DNA from: Aplysia californica
Lineage: Eukaryota
Assembly: GCF_000002075.1 (NCBI RefSeq)
Contig: NW_004797481.1
Coordinates: 803,942-867,941, forward strand
Reading direction: 5' to 3'
DNA length: 64,000 nt
In this document: piece after piece, positions 24,501-39,500 of the stretch
How the letters are laid out: every line of letters starts with the position of its first letter
Numbering within the stretch: the stretch's first letter is position 1
The notes under the pieces: generated by a model
Seen by the model: only the letters and a program-made list of their open reading frames with translations
Told to the model about the DNA's origin: nothing
Database searches by the model: none
Program-made: the position numbers and the translations under genes

Positions 24501-27500
24501 TTATTGTCGCACCCAGTTCGTCTCACCCAACCAAGATGTAAGTTGTTTTTGGAGCTTTTGCATGCTTTCCCGTTGGGTGTGATAATGATCTGGTGCAGGT
24601 ATTGAGCTTGAGAGGGTGGAAGGTATCACTTGGATTTCTTTCTTCTTATCTATCCCTCTATTGTCTCTGTGTGTCTGCCTTAGGTTTTCTCAGCACTCAG
24701 TGATTTTAGCTGTGTCAATGTGCGTCTCTTTTGGTGAGACCCTAAGTTCTTGATTTAAAACCTTTGTCAAAATTGTTTTTAACCCCATTATTTTTATTGA
24801 GTATCACCAGAGAACTGTCTTATATCGCTTTATGCAAAAAAACCAATTCAAACAACATTTTGAGAGGAAAGCAGATGTTTCTTTAAAAAAAGCGTGACTT
24901 AAAAAAAATTAGTTTAAAATGTACTGTAGGTATTCTCTGCACATGCACTTCAGTAAAGACATTTTTTGTGTTTGTTGTGATACCTTGGTTCTCAATTTTG
25001 TTGGCCCCCAAGGGCAGTGCTACTAATTAGCAGAATTCCGCAAATGGAAAAATTTGCGTTAAAATTCGCGCGACAAAATTAAAAAAAAAAAAGTAGTGAA
25101 ATAAAAAATATCCGTAAATATACTAGATATCTAATAGTCAACAATAGCCAACCCATACCGGAAGTGCTCTTTTATTTGAAAGTGTAGACAGTGTCTTTCG
25201 CTTTCACCAGCTCTGTAAACAAGAGGAAGAAATGACGATTGTGGTTCAATAGATCTTGGGCATGCTAAGAAAAGAAAACTCTGAAGAGAGCTTGATTTTT
25301 TTTACCAGACTTGTTTATTTGTAAGTATTGTTGTGGATTTAAGTTGAATATAAGTAAGCTGTCAAGTTATTTAGATAGATCTGTTATACTATTGTTATAA
25401 GGATTCTACCCATTATGGTGCAAACCAGCAAAAGCAGAAAAAAGTTTAACATTAACTGTCAAGTTTTAAAGATCTAGCTGTTATACTACAGTTGTGGATG
25501 AACAGTATCGGTACAAGAGAGAAAACATGGCTTTGGATTTTTATGGTTTAACACAAGCAGAAAATTATGTATGCAAAGTATGTTTTTTTTCTCACTCATT
25601 TTCTTGTTAAATGTAGGCTTGAATAGCCAGAAATGGCATACTTAGGATGCCCTGAAACCAAAAATTCTCGAACGTCCCCCTTCAACCTTCTGCCCTGGAC
25701 CTGAAAATCCTCGAAAAATGACATCAGCTGCTGGAAGCTCTGTGAAATGTCTTTTGGCCATTCCCATGAGGGGATATTAACATGTTCTTTTGCACAGTAG
25801 AATTGTAAATGGGCTTATTTATCAATATTATGCTCATACTGTGCCGGAAAACAGCATAGGGGGAACTGCTGCTTTTTCTTTCCTCATCCTTACTATCGTC
25901 ATTTTTGCTCTACTTTTGTATGCTTGTCAATCTCTTGTGAACTGCTATTTCCGGGGTGCCTTGATAGTTGAAGCAGACTTTGTGCTGTTGAGGCTAGAGA
26001 GGTGATCAAAATAAGCCTGATTCCTCGTTTGGACTTCTCTGTTGACATCCACCCCTTGGCGCTCATATGACCATATGCAGTTGCGAGCTCGGTAAAACAT
26101 CACTAAAACTAATAAACTAAACAATTTTGTTCACTGTTTATTTGAGGTGACACGTCTCTTATCTTTGATTGAAAAAGGACATACAAGAAGAAGAAGACCG
26201 CCCTTTTTATGAAAGTTCTGAAAAAGATTCTGACGAAGAAGATGAGGATGGTGGCGAGAAGAAGAAAACGGGAGCTTCAAAACCAGCACCGTACATCATG
26301 GATGCAGACCATAGGCTATTGCTGAGACAGTCCAAGCCACTCCTGAACAGTCGCAACTCTGCAGTAAGCTCGTGTTATGTGAAGCTAAAAAATTAGTTTC
26401 ATGTTTTCAGTGTATTTGTTCCATTTGTTGTCGTATTTTTGTGTAGGCCTTGCTTACCTGTCAGTTTCTGCTATGTTGAATTTGTCTCTATCAACACTTG
26501 TACTGTTTTTGTTACTTATTTCTTTCTATAGTCCTCATGTTCATATGAATGAGGTAGTATTAGTTTGATTTAACATTTATCTGTCACTTTTCACTGTTAG
26601 GTACGGAGGGAATGATTTTTAAAATAACTTCTTATGCGATTAAGACACAATGGTTGTTCGTTGTTTTCTTGAATGAGATTGGCTGCTTGTAAGAATTTAG
26701 TTTAAAAAAAGTATGATCAGGATGTTATGTGAAAGTTACTTGTCTTGGTCTTATTGTGTTCTCAAAACTGAAATATAAGACACTGATTGACACTTTTCTC
26801 TAGCTGTTATCTGCAAGTCTGTGTGATGAGGTGGCCACTGTTGTCCACTTTATAAAGTGTTAATTAAAGAATTTCTGATATTTTTGTTAGCCATAAACAT
26901 TGTTTTTTTTCCACAGGTGGTTATGGCTGTTGCACAGCTGTACCATCACTGTGCCCCCAAGTCAGAAGTTGGAGTTGTTGCCAAAAGTCTTATTCGTCTT
27001 CTGAGAAGTCACAAGTGAGAGACTGATTTTTACTTGATTGATTAATAGAGGAAACATATTCTTGATGATTGATACCACTGTTGTGTTGTATTGCAATCAA
27101 TTTCAGAGATGCGAATGGTAAAATGGTTGGTAATCAAAGCAAGCCTAGTTACCTGGATGTGTCTTTTAGCTAGACACATTAACCCTAGCTGAAAATGTGG
27201 CAGTGCTTCAGCATGCGACAGTGGTTTGAAAGTAAGTGGAAGTATTTTATGATTTGTATGCTTTGATTGAATTCTTCTAAGTAAAACAATTTTCAGTTTG
27301 GGTGAATTAAAGTTGTCTTTTCACTTTGTCTGATATAATGTCATATCTGTTGGAAGTGAAAGCTAAAAAAAAAGCAGCATAAAGTGAGTGCATTTATTTT
27401 AGTAAAGCTTATTTCATATCAAGTAAAATGCTTTTGTTTAGAGTGGTTAATTTTTTGTAACCTAAAACCATTTTCTGATGCCTTTTTGGTTTTTCTTCAG

Positions 27501-30500
27501 TCCCTAAAGTCATTTGCTCTCTCTTCTTTTAAGCTAGCATACACGAACCTCAGTTTTTTTTTTATCATTGTCATTTTTAAACAGCTTGCACATTCTAGCA
27601 TTTATGTGGTTGCAACAATCTTGTTTATTTTTAAAAAAATCCATAACGGGAGTTCTGGCATCACAGAGACTACGGGGGGGGGGGGGGGGGGGGGGGGGGG
27701 ATCTGCCATATGTAATATGTTGTGTCTGATAAGGAGTTGCTGTTTCATAGCTTCTTGTCTTATCAAATATACATTACAAGGAAGACAATGAAAAATGTGA
27801 ACTGTTCATTCTGATTTTAACTATTTTATTTTTTGTTTGAATTTCATATGGTTTTGTAAGCTTATAATTAGAAATATCTGACTGTGGGGATACATTATAA
27901 AAGCTCGTCTATTCATGCACTGCTAATTTTTTGTGCTTTTACATATATATCTTTTTAGTATCTGAAACACATTTTTTTAAATTCACAGGGAGACTCAGTA
28001 TGTTGTTCTCAGCAATATTGCCACTATGACAAACAAGAGAAGGGTAAGTAAATAGCTAATATGATATACGTTATGAATTTATTTTATTTTTAAAGTCTGA
28101 TAAAGCCTTATTCTCTTTCATAATTTTGTGGCGTCGGTGGCCTAGTGGTTAGGCTCTCGGACTCGCAACCGTAAGGTCGTGGGTTCGAATCCCGTCAAGG
28201 GCCCGACGTTGTGTCCTTGGGAAAGGCACTTTACACGAATTTCCTCACTTCACCCAGGTGGGAATGGGTACCCGGCTATAGACAGCGAAAGATCTTGTCA
28301 GTTTGTTAGTGTTTGAGCGCTTAATCGGCTGCTTGCACTGTATGCTTCCCGGGACGCTGAGAATGTTTCGGAGTGTTTTATGGTCTGCTGGGGTAATAAT
28401 ATAGTGTAAAGCGCATAGAGCCTGCTGTTGAGTGGGGATATGCGCTATACAAATGCTATCTATTATTATTTATTATTATTTCAGCATTTGGTTGCTCTAT
28501 GTTATTCTAGTAGAATATGTGTGTTGTCATTTCCTTTCGTTTTCTGAATATTTTTTAAAGAAAGCCCATATATGGCCTTGTGAATTTATAAACTGAAAAT
28601 TTCTTTACAGATAAATTTTTCCGCCTTGGAGAAAGCTCAATATTTCTGGTTTTCATGACTCATGTTCTGAATGTTACAGGGAATGTTTGAGCCATACCTC
28701 AAGTCATTCTACGTGAGATCCTGTGACCCTCTGCACGTGAAACTTCTGAAAGTAAGTACACCCAAGGAACCAACCAAAGAAACACAATTCAAATGAAACA
28801 AATGTGGACAGTTTAGATGGTGTGATAGAACATACATCTCATCAATTTTTTTGATTATTTTCTAAATTGAATAGAATAGTCATGAGGATACAGTTGTTTG
28901 AACCTGTAATAATCAAATGTGTCATGACGTGGTGGAATCAGGCGCTCGTCAATTTTTGGGCATTTGGGGTTATTGGTATCATCTGAAAGATTATTCATTT
29001 GCCTTGCTTTCTATGAAAAGAACATCCATCTATCTTGAATAGATGTCGAAATATTTGCGATTGAAGGAGGTGGGGGTAGCATGGTTTTAAAGGGTAGAAT
29101 TAGTGAGAAAATGGCCTCCAAAGTTTGGTAACTTCTATAGCTTGAGAGTCCTTGAAAGCGGAAAACGTACATATTCTTTACCATTAATTGACGTTTTTCC
29201 GTTAAATTCACATGAAAATGTGTTTTATATGGACATAAAAGGTGTTGAGCCAAATAACAAAAATTTTTAAAAAAATTGCCGAACTGGAGGAAAAATGTCT
29301 ATTTCTTTGATTTCCTTATTTGGACGAGTGCCTGATTTCACCACGATGCCTCACAAATCATTTAAGGCTGTTTTGTGTTATACAGTACACATGGCACATC
29401 TCATATGGGACTCTTTTGAGCACAAGGCAGGATCAATGACCTGCCATCTTTTATACCTTGTTATGTCTCTTGTACATATGCCTTTGATGTTGCATATTTC
29501 TCTTTTTTTTTTAGCTGCAATAAGCTGCTATTTCTTCCCAGGTTCTAAACTTTATCTTTGTTTTAGCCATGTTTCATTTTCAAGTATCTTTGTGTATTAG
29601 AAGAAGTGGATGGTTTTTCCTATTTTCTTTCTGCAGTTCTTTGTGGAGGAGGTCTTTTGGTAATTTCTCGTCTTTAATGTATTATAATAATAATCTAACA
29701 AAGGTGTTCAAGACCTCTTAGTTTTCTTTTTTTGAGCAGCGAAAATACAATTGAATTGAAGTTCCTAATCTTTCCACGATCTCTGTTTTGGTATTTTTGT
29801 ATGAATATATTTTCCCCATCTTGACAAGGCGTGTCATGTGAAAGCTTTTCAGCCTTTTGATTGATGTCCAGGTTTCATTTGTAGGCAGAAGCATGCTCAG
29901 ATTACATGTTTAGGACTACTGAACAAAAAAATATCAAGTAGCAAGAGTGTTGGTGGTTAATTAGTACTCTAGTGTGAGTGGGTGGTTGGCGGGTGCTCTG
30001 GTGTGGTTTGCTTCTTCTTTCCTATGAAACATCTATCGTCCTTATCTCCCCTTCTTCTTTTTTATGTTTGTTACTCTCTTGTAACACCTCTAATCTTCTG
30101 GCGCTCATATGACCTTATGCAGTTGCGGTCGCCGTAAAAACCTCTACTAAAACTAAAAACTATCTCTAGTGTGTTCTACCTTTTCTACTTCTTTTTAGTT
30201 CTAATTTTGTCCTAATTTGTGCTTACTGAAGTGTGACCAGCGTGATCGACAGTTGCTGTAAACTGCTAACCAGGGACCAAAAGTAGTATTGTTTCCCATA
30301 GACTCTGTCCCCACAATCTTAATGAAATTTTGTTTTCCAGCTGGAGATCCTCACTAGTTTGGCCACAGAGACCAACATTTCCACCATTCTGAGAGAGTTC
30401 CAGGTATTTACTGTGTTTTTAAATTTTACACTGCAACTGTGAATCATTATTTGCTTAATGTTGACATCCACATACTGATCATCGTAATCTTAACATGAGT

Positions 30501-33500
30501 AATTATTCAGATAGCTACCAAAACAGCGATGACAACAATAATGACAATGATAATAACAATAGCATATCCCATCCTATGGGCCCATGGCGTTTTTTTGTAG
30601 GTATAAATACTTTGTTCAGATGTACTTACACGCTCTTGCTCACTCTCTGATGGACACCTACTTTCCAATTCTGCAGATGTGCTCAACCCTCGCCACGTTT
30701 GCTAATGTTAACATTTACACTCTACTCTCTTATGTGCTTGTGCACACACATTGTCACTTTCTACAAAGTAAGGGAAGAAGCCAAACCCGTGGCCACTCAA
30801 ATATTTATGGTTTAGTTTCAGTGGAAATTATGAACACCCCCACAGTGTTTCAGTATAATTATCTATCTGTATTTCAACATGAGTGATGCTTGCCAGACGT
30901 GCAATTTTACTGGACAAAAATGATCCTCGTTAACAGTGACTTTTGTGAAATTTTGAATATAAATGTGAAGAATGAATTTAAGATTTTGTTAATTTTTCTT
31001 TGCAAATGGGTAGTCTTCTCAAAGTGAGAATGAGAAAAAAACCCAAACGCCCCTCCCCCCCTCCCCACCCCTCCCCCCAGCCACTGTAGATTGCATTTCA
31101 GTCAGAAAAAGACATAAATTTGCTGTTAGAAATTTTTTTTGCACCAAGCTCAGAATATCTCAAATACTTTTAGTTTTGTGTCTTGTCACTGTTTAGTGAA
31201 AGTTTTAAAATTGTCTTGTATGGATAAGTGATTAAAAATGTTAAGTTAGAGTTTACTTTAGGCAGAGAACTGGATGAAACTTGTTTTTTATCATCCTCAT
31301 TTGGCAAAAGTCATCATTGTCGATGAAGCGAAGTATTGTATTCTCGCTATTTTGAGTCTTTAAAGATTAAAAGCTTATGAAAAGATAAATCTATGCTCAT
31401 ACAGTCTTTTAAACTGTATTTGTATTGACTGACTTTTTTTGTTTCTGGTGTATATGTTTTGCTGTGATAATGACTTTGTCTTTGACAGTATTTGTTTGTG
31501 ATTTTGTTTTTGTCTGGGTTAAATGCATTATAAGCATTAACTAGGTTATTTTAAAAGTGACTGTAAAGGGAATTTCTATTTATCAATTTTCACGTGTATT
31601 CCAGACATATGTTACTAGCTCGGACAAAGACTTTGCGGCTGCCACCATCCAGGCTATAGGTCGTTGTGCCAGCTCCATAGCAGAGGTTACGGACACCTGC
31701 CTCAATGGTCTGGTTAGACTCATGTCAAATAGAGATGGTATGTCTGTCAGAACCTTCAGTGTTTTATCACGAGACAGTGTATTTCACTCCTTCAGCTTCT
31801 CCATTTCACTCGTTAGCTGGAAGGTCTACTGTTCTTTTTTAGTTTTATTGTCAGGTCCCAGAAGAAGAGAAAAACATTTAAAGTTGTTCCTTCCTTGAAC
31901 AGGTGGGACTTGTACTGGAATATTATATATTATATAATTGAAATTTATTTGATGAATGTTTCTCTATTTGAGAGCATTACAACGAGATTGGCTTCCTTGT
32001 AACTGGATGGAACAGAGAGTGTCATTGTCGTTGTCAATTGTTTTTTTTTTTCCTGAAAAATATGGTACTATCAAATGAAGATGCATCAACCGCAAAAAAA
32101 AGGAGAAAGAGAAATCAAGAGCAGTATACATTGCAAGTTTAATGTTTAAACTGAGTGCATTTGTAAATAGAAGCATTTATGAAGTTCCTAATTAGCTGAA
32201 CAGTAGTTGCCCTTTTCTAATATAATTTACCTTTTTTCATTTTTATACAACTTTAATAGAAATTGAAATGTGTATGACTTTTCCTATTTAGTTAATAGTA
32301 CAATTTGAATTGTACTATAATTTTCCATATTTAGTTAATAGCTTATCATGCATTATTAATAGACATTGGAATGGGCCTGACCTGTTCTGCCGTATCGGGT
32401 TGGCTCAAATGTGTTTCAAATGTTCCCTTTTTCAGAGGCTGTTGTTGCAGAGAGTGTGGTGGTTATCAAGAAGCTGCTGCAAATGAGGGTAAGTACCTTC
32501 TTGTTGGCTTTGGAGTCTGTTCAGTATGTCGGCCCTGCCCAGATCATCAAGAAATATATCCCTTAGGACCACTGGAATCTTTGTGTTTATTTTATACATA
32601 ATTTGGTTCAGGCTTCAACCCTTGTGAAGAGTTGGGAATGTTGAAATATCAAAGAGGTGTAAATACCTGTGGTAAGCATATATACCTTTTTTTATGGACA
32701 CATCATCTTTATTAAGTAGAAGAGCTGAAATGTTGGTAACTGTTATATATTTTCAAATATGTTTCTGTATTAAAAGATAATGTTGCTATTGTTTGGGTAT
32801 GTATTCTTCTGACACAAAGTTAAAAAACGATTCCCAAGGTACAGTAATATGTGAGGCAGCATGGTGAAATCCGGCGCTTGTCAAAATGATGAAATCAAAG
32901 AAACCGACATTCTCCCTCTCTTTTGGCAAATTTTATCGAATTTAATGTTTTTTGGCTCAACATAGTTTTTGTCCACTTAAAAAACATTTCCGTGTAGATT
33001 GTACTGAAAGATTAAAGGCGCAAAAAATGTAATTTTGCAGTTTCCAAGGACTCTCACGGTCTGAAAGTCACAGAAATTTCACGTCCATTTTTCTCGCTAA
33101 TTTTAGTTCTGAAACAAGCGGCCCCCACTTTTTTAAAGGCAAATATCTTGACTCTTATGCAAGATAGATGAGTGTTTTTTAAGTCAAAAGCAAGATAACA
33201 GAACCAAATTTAGAATGATAACAATAACTCCATATGCCCAAAAATAGTACAAGCGTCTGATTTCACTGCATCGTGACACATATTCTTATAATAAGATTAA
33301 TTGCTTTAGAAGTTATCTAGATGCTATGTAGAATTTGAGACAACCAAATTTATCAACTACTACCATGGTTTCAACAATGACAGCATATGCATAAGTCGTC
33401 TAACACTGGTGTCCTCTGTGTTTGAATAAAGTCGAAAATTCTAACTCACAGAGTAATAATATATGACATTTATACAAAGCTCACTCTGATTAAAGAAAAC

Positions 33501-36500
33501 AGGCTCTGAACGCTTTGCAGGTACAATAGAAATATTTAAAGTGTACATTGTGTTCTAACACATTTTTAAAATATATATCTCATTAGTATAATAACTGAAA
33601 TGACTTGAGCTAACATTTTATCAGTTTTATCATTTTGCCCTTCTTGAGAGTATAGTTTGATTTCGGACTTTTGAAGAAAGTGAAATAACTGTAGTGTTTA
33701 TAGAGTGCTTTGTTTGAAATTAGAAAAGTTAATGTAAGATGATTGTTGTAAGGCCATATACACTCTCTGGAACGTAGATGAATTTTGTTGTTGTTGAAAA
33801 TTCGTTGATGATTTGGGCATGGTGTTCATTTCAACTTTGCTTCATTGAGTGGTTTCACTGCTTTCCACCTTAAAATTATATTGTCTTTTTTGGTCATCGG
33901 GGATATCTACCTTTCATGGAGATAGTGAATGCAGGAAAAAAACATTTGCTTCTATTTGTATGTTCTGATTGAAATTGTGTTGAGTTACCTGTCTTTGTCT
34001 TAAGAGGTTGGTGCACATGGGAATTTGTCATTGCATTCTTAATTCATGTTTATGATTTTTCTTCAGCCTCAAAAAGACTCAAAGTCAAAGGTTTTTGTGA
34101 TGTAGACTTTCCGCTTTGGGTTTTTTGGTGCTTCAAAAGTTCCAGATTTTATGTGTTGTTCACATAGCTATTGTGTTTCAAATGATTTAGATCGTTGAAA
34201 CATGCATGCATAGCACAAAGCCGGAATGGGCTCAATTATTTAAAAGGATACAGGTAGATGAGTTAAAAGGGCTTTTTATTTTTTTTAACCTCAAGTGGTC
34301 TTGGTCTTGGTGATGGTTGGAAATATTTTTTAAATATTTGTGTCTCCTTTGTCCTGATTTTTGCATGTCATCTGACTTTGTTACTGCTACTTGAATAGAA
34401 TCCTTCTTATCCAAGGCATTTTCCCTAAACTTGTTTCTGAGTTGGTGATGGTGATTTCATACTTAAATACAATTTTCGATACTTCCAATTGTATTTTTTT
34501 CTTAATGAATATCAAATACCCAAAAGTCTTAAAGAGCGGCATTTAGTTTTCATCCCTGCTATGTTTTTTTCATGACTTTATGTGGAGGATAATTTACTCT
34601 CAGCGCTGTGGGAGGGAACTGAGTCACAATGAGTACTTTAGTTTTCACATACATTCTCTTTTGCGCGCTCATATGACCTTATGCAGTTGCGAGCGCCGTG
34701 ATACTCTTACTAAAACTTTAAAANNNNNNNNNNNNNNNNNNNNNNNNNNNNNNNNNNNNNNNNNNNNNNNNNNNNNNNNNNNNNNNNNNNNNNNNNNNNN
34801 NNNNNNNNNNNNNNNNNNNNNNNNNNNNNNNNNNNNNNNNNNNNNNNNNNNNNNNNNNNNNNNNNNNNNNNNNNNNNNNNNNNNNNNNNNNNNNNNNNNN
34901 NNNNNNNNNNNNNNNNNNNNNNNNNNNNNNNNNNNNNNNNNNNNNNNNNNNNNNNNNNNNNNNNNNNNNNNNNNNNNTTGTGAGCTTGGAAAGTTTGGTG
35001 CTATGTCTACTCCAAAATGGAAATGTTGGATCCAAATAAATTACATTTGTGTTTTGATTGGTAAAATACCAATTTTCACATTATTCTCCAAAGTCTGTTT
35101 GGTATTGATGACATCTGGCTATGTAACTGGCTTTGGACCAGGGCTGATTTGCATGACTGGCTAGACTTTGGCTAGACTTTAGAGAGGCGTCAACATACTC
35201 GTGCAATTTTCATTATTTGGTCACCATTTAATTCTATGAGTTAGATCTGTAATTCTTATTGCCCCCTTGTAATGAAATTAAGAAATTGCGAGTAGACAAA
35301 AAATTAAAGGTAACAGTGGGTAAGCACCTCTTGTAGTTAATCCTATTGTGTAATTTGTCATGGTATGGTTTGACCTTTTTTTTGGGTTTGTGTAAAGAGG
35401 GGCTCTTATTTTATGGTGACCATCAGTAGTGAACAGTCATGGTCGGTTCTGATAAAATGTACCTGTGATATTGGATGTTGATTTTTTACCAGAAGTGCAT
35501 CCAGTCTTCTTTTGATTTAAGAAGTAAAAATTTGTGCAATGAACTCTTTTACCCTGAAATGACAAAGGGGGAAAAGGGAGAGAGAGAGGGAGGGAGGGAG
35601 GAAGGAAGGGCCGTTTGTCAAACTATTTTTTTTGTTTTCTGATATTTCATGTGGCTCTCGGTGCAGCTGGTTGGATGGGCTCCAACGTCAGGCACTTTTG
35701 TTTTTGATCCCCCTCATTTTTTCCCTTCTTGTTTTTTCTTGGCTATATTTTGATAGTCTTTGTGTTGAAATTTCATTTTTTCGCTTCGAAAAAGACAAAC
35801 GCAATAAGTGTACTACTGTCAAATAAGTGGTTGCTCTTCTCATCACCAAAAACAAATATTATTGTTTTTATCTTCTGTAGTTTAATCTGAACTCATTAAC
35901 TTATTACAATTATAATGTGTTTGCTCTGGTTGATCGTTATAAAGTCATGTAGTCTTTTGGACAGATGCAGAAAGTAAAAGTTAAAGTATTAGATTATACT
36001 TTTATTGTATCCCTTTCAATCGAAGACTCACACAACCTTGCAAAAACTAAATTTGATGTCCTTTTCATTCGATTTGGTCCTCCTTTTCTGGAAGTGGGTG
36101 CTTAACATGATGGCTTGTTTGTTTCTTAAATGCTGTGTGTTGACATAAGAGTGAAGGTTATGGATAGGGTGATTCTGTTTTTATATTAGATGTCAAGGCT
36201 TTTGTATCAGTTATTCCTGTCTACTGACTTGCCTTTCTTTTGAAGCTCAAGGTTTCGTGGATTTAAATCACGTCAAGAATCAATTTTCCTCTCCTTCCAG
36301 TATTTTTTAAAACAATCTTTGTGCACAAAGCGGTTCAGGTTATTAGTAAAAAAAAACAACTGTAGTACTATTGTGTAATTTTTGTCACCTTAAGAAAATA
36401 GTCCGATTAATTTAGAGCACCATGACAGTGTCACTGAAAGATGGATTGTGGGTATGAGTTCACATTGAGAATGATAAATGGATGGTGTTTATTTTCAGGT

Positions 36501-39500
36501 CTTAAAAGGAATGTAATTGAGGATTCAAAATTAGAAAACCTTCTGGTTTGTGGGTTGCCAGTGGGTGCTTTTGTGTGGGCTACTCCTCTGCCTTAGCTAT
36601 GTCCCTGTTATCCTATTTGTCACTGTTATCCTGGTCCATTCCTGGGGAAATATGAATTTTGACATGTTGACTCTCTGAAGACTTCTAAACAATAGCGACA
36701 CTAGGTTGCCCTAAAGAACCATATCAATAATGAGTGAACTGAACCGAACATATTCCATACATAAACTGACTTCCTACTCCACTTTTTGTATATTACAAGC
36801 AAGTCATGTAAATCAAAAGTAAGCTAACTCATCAGTATTACAGCTTCTCGTCTGAGTTCTCTTTAACATCTTACCAACATGGAAACACAAGGGTTTCAAA
36901 ACTTTATTTACAGCTGTATGAATGAGATTGATTTTAGGTTGTTAAGAAAGTGCTTATTCTAATTTATGTGAAAATAATCTTTTCTGTTCTTTACTCCTGC
37001 CTTTTTTTTTGTGGTACAGACTGTTGATCAAATGTAGAGTATTGAGTCCCTGTTTTTAGTTAGTAGCTATTGTTGAGAATCCTGTTTTTTTCTCTTTTTT
37101 TTGTTGTTCTCATACTAACTTTAACTGTTACAGAACTTGATTGTTTATTTTTGTGTTTTATACATGCTTACTTACTGTTTGTGGGTTTTTTAAAAGTTCT
37201 AAATTAGTACTCAATGTGCTTTTTTTTCTGTTTAGCCGTCTGAACACAAGGACATCATCTGCTACATGGCGAAGATGGTGGACAAAATCACAGTACCCAT
37301 GGCCCGAGCCAGCATCCTGTGGCTGATTGGAGAGTACAGTGAGAGAGTGCCCAAAATTGCTCCAGATGTTCTCCGTAAAATGGCCAAGGACTTTATTAAT
37401 GAGGTTTGCTTTCAGTTTTTTTCTGTTTCTCCTCTTTCTTTTCTCTTTTTCTATCTGAACCACATGGTATTCACAGGCTATGAAGACACATACACTCTGT
37501 TTCCTAAATTTATCATGTCTGTCAGAATGAAGGTAGGTACAGCAAAACAACAAGAAAGAAGAAAAGAGGAGGAAGGAAGACAGGAGGAAGGTAGTACCCT
37601 CTGAGCTATAGCTTATCCCTCTAAAAGTCTAGGTTTAAAGTCAATAAAGCATTTGTGGAGATGCTAGGCTGGAGAAGTAAAGTTTGAAGATGCGATTAAA
37701 CATATGGGAGGGCTTAATAGTATTGGTGTAGTGCATCACATGGAATTATGGTGGAAAAATAGAGTATTGGTGTAGTGCATCACATGGAATTATGGTTGAA
37801 AAATAGAGTATTGGAAGAGGATCCAAAGTTTTGACACATTGTACTCGCCTCATTTTGAGTTTATAATGACCATTATCCTGTTGACTCTCCATAAACTACG
37901 AGTCATATACAACAGTTCTCGAAAGTTATATTTTGTTGATTACAATTGATGTGGATGATATTATACAGAATAATATTTTTCTCTCAGGAGGACATTGTGA
38001 AACTGCAGATCCTGAACCTGGCGGTCAAGTTGTGCATCACCAACCCCAAGCAGACCAAACTGCTGTGCCAGTATGTGCTCAACCTGGCCAAGTATGACCA
38101 GAACTATGACATTCGTGATCGCTCGCGCTTCTTGCGTCAGTTTGTCATGCCCTCAGACAAACCATGTGCTTTGGCAAAGTATGTGAAGAAAATTTTCCTT
38201 GCCACCAAGCCCGCTCCTGTATTGGCTTCCAAATTCAACAGTAAGTGAAGTTAGATAGTCGTGATTACATGTAGAGAACTCCTTCAGAAGAAAAACCGAT
38301 AGGACATTTATTGTGTCTTGCATGACATGGGGAGACCACGCAATGTATATGTCAGGACGAGTAAATGGTAGCCTGCAGATAAAATGCTTTGATTACTTTT
38401 GATCCGACTGTGTTGTAAGAGTGAGCAATTTTTGGCCAACTCCATTCCCCTTGTGATGCTTTTATCATTGCAATCTTTTATAGTCAAAGCTTTACCCTAG
38501 ACTTTGTACTTTGACTTCTGAGAACCAGTGATCCTATTTTGGCAATACAAGACAGTTGTCCCTGTTACTAACCAATGTTCATAAAGCAGTTAAGGTTCTT
38601 TGTCATTGTACAGGTTTAACACCCCTTTCAACGCTATAAGGTTATTAAAGAGAGGAGGACAAAGTCAAAAAGATTGATTTAAAAATTCCATGAAACAAAC
38701 CAAATTTCAGAATGCCCTGTTGGGAATTCGAACCAGGGTCATCCGTTCCATAGTTCAGCATGATTCTAACTGAGCTAACGTTACGCCCCACTTGAGATTT
38801 CAAATTTTGCTTAAATCATAAAAGATCATGTCGTAGTAAAGTAAGTGTAGAATGTGAGTCATTAGACAGAGCAGTAGAGGGCATGTGTGAAGAAATAAAG
38901 TCAGAGACATGGCACAGTCTCTCCCAAAAAACTCCATGAAGTTGAAAAGGCACAAATTTGGTTTATTGCTGCCAATTCAGTAGCTTAGTTTAAAAAAAGG
39001 ATGTTTTATTATTATGACCCATCATTGGGGATCATTCACGAAGGAGCTTGGCAATTTTAACAAGATGCTGTCTTGTGCCCCACAGCTCATGACCAGTATC
39101 AGCTGGGCTCTTTGTCGCACCTGCTGAACATGAAGACAACAGGCTACCAGGATATGCCTGAGTGGCCAACTGTTGCACCCGACCCTAGTGTGCGGAATGT
39201 GGAGATGCCCCCCGCCTGGCAGGACCAACGGGAACCAATCAGAGGCAAGAAGCAGAAGCAGCCGAGCACTGATCTCAAGTCCTTCTACTCCTCCAGTGAG
39301 GATGAGGATGACGAAGAAGGCAAGTCGATTGGATTGTCAATGCTGATTTTAGCACTTTGTCCACCCAATTGTTGAAACCATTTTCGAAACTTGCCATTTC
39401 TGGTTGTCACAGTGTAGCAGCCTGGTTTTGAGAAAGAGTTTTTGTGTCTTGTAGTACTTGTGTATAATGGTTATGATTTCTTTGGTAAGATCTGAATGTG

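Noticed and set aside
25014-25745. Second hAT copy related to 44201-45700
   Set aside because: The right end is similar, but the left TIR is poor and there is no TSD; too decayed to call
28128-28205. tRNA gene (also 13145-13220, 14895-14965, 38715-38790, 55280-55354)
   Set aside because: A/B boxes are present, but I see no proper acceptor stem, and most continue into multi-copy SINE bodies
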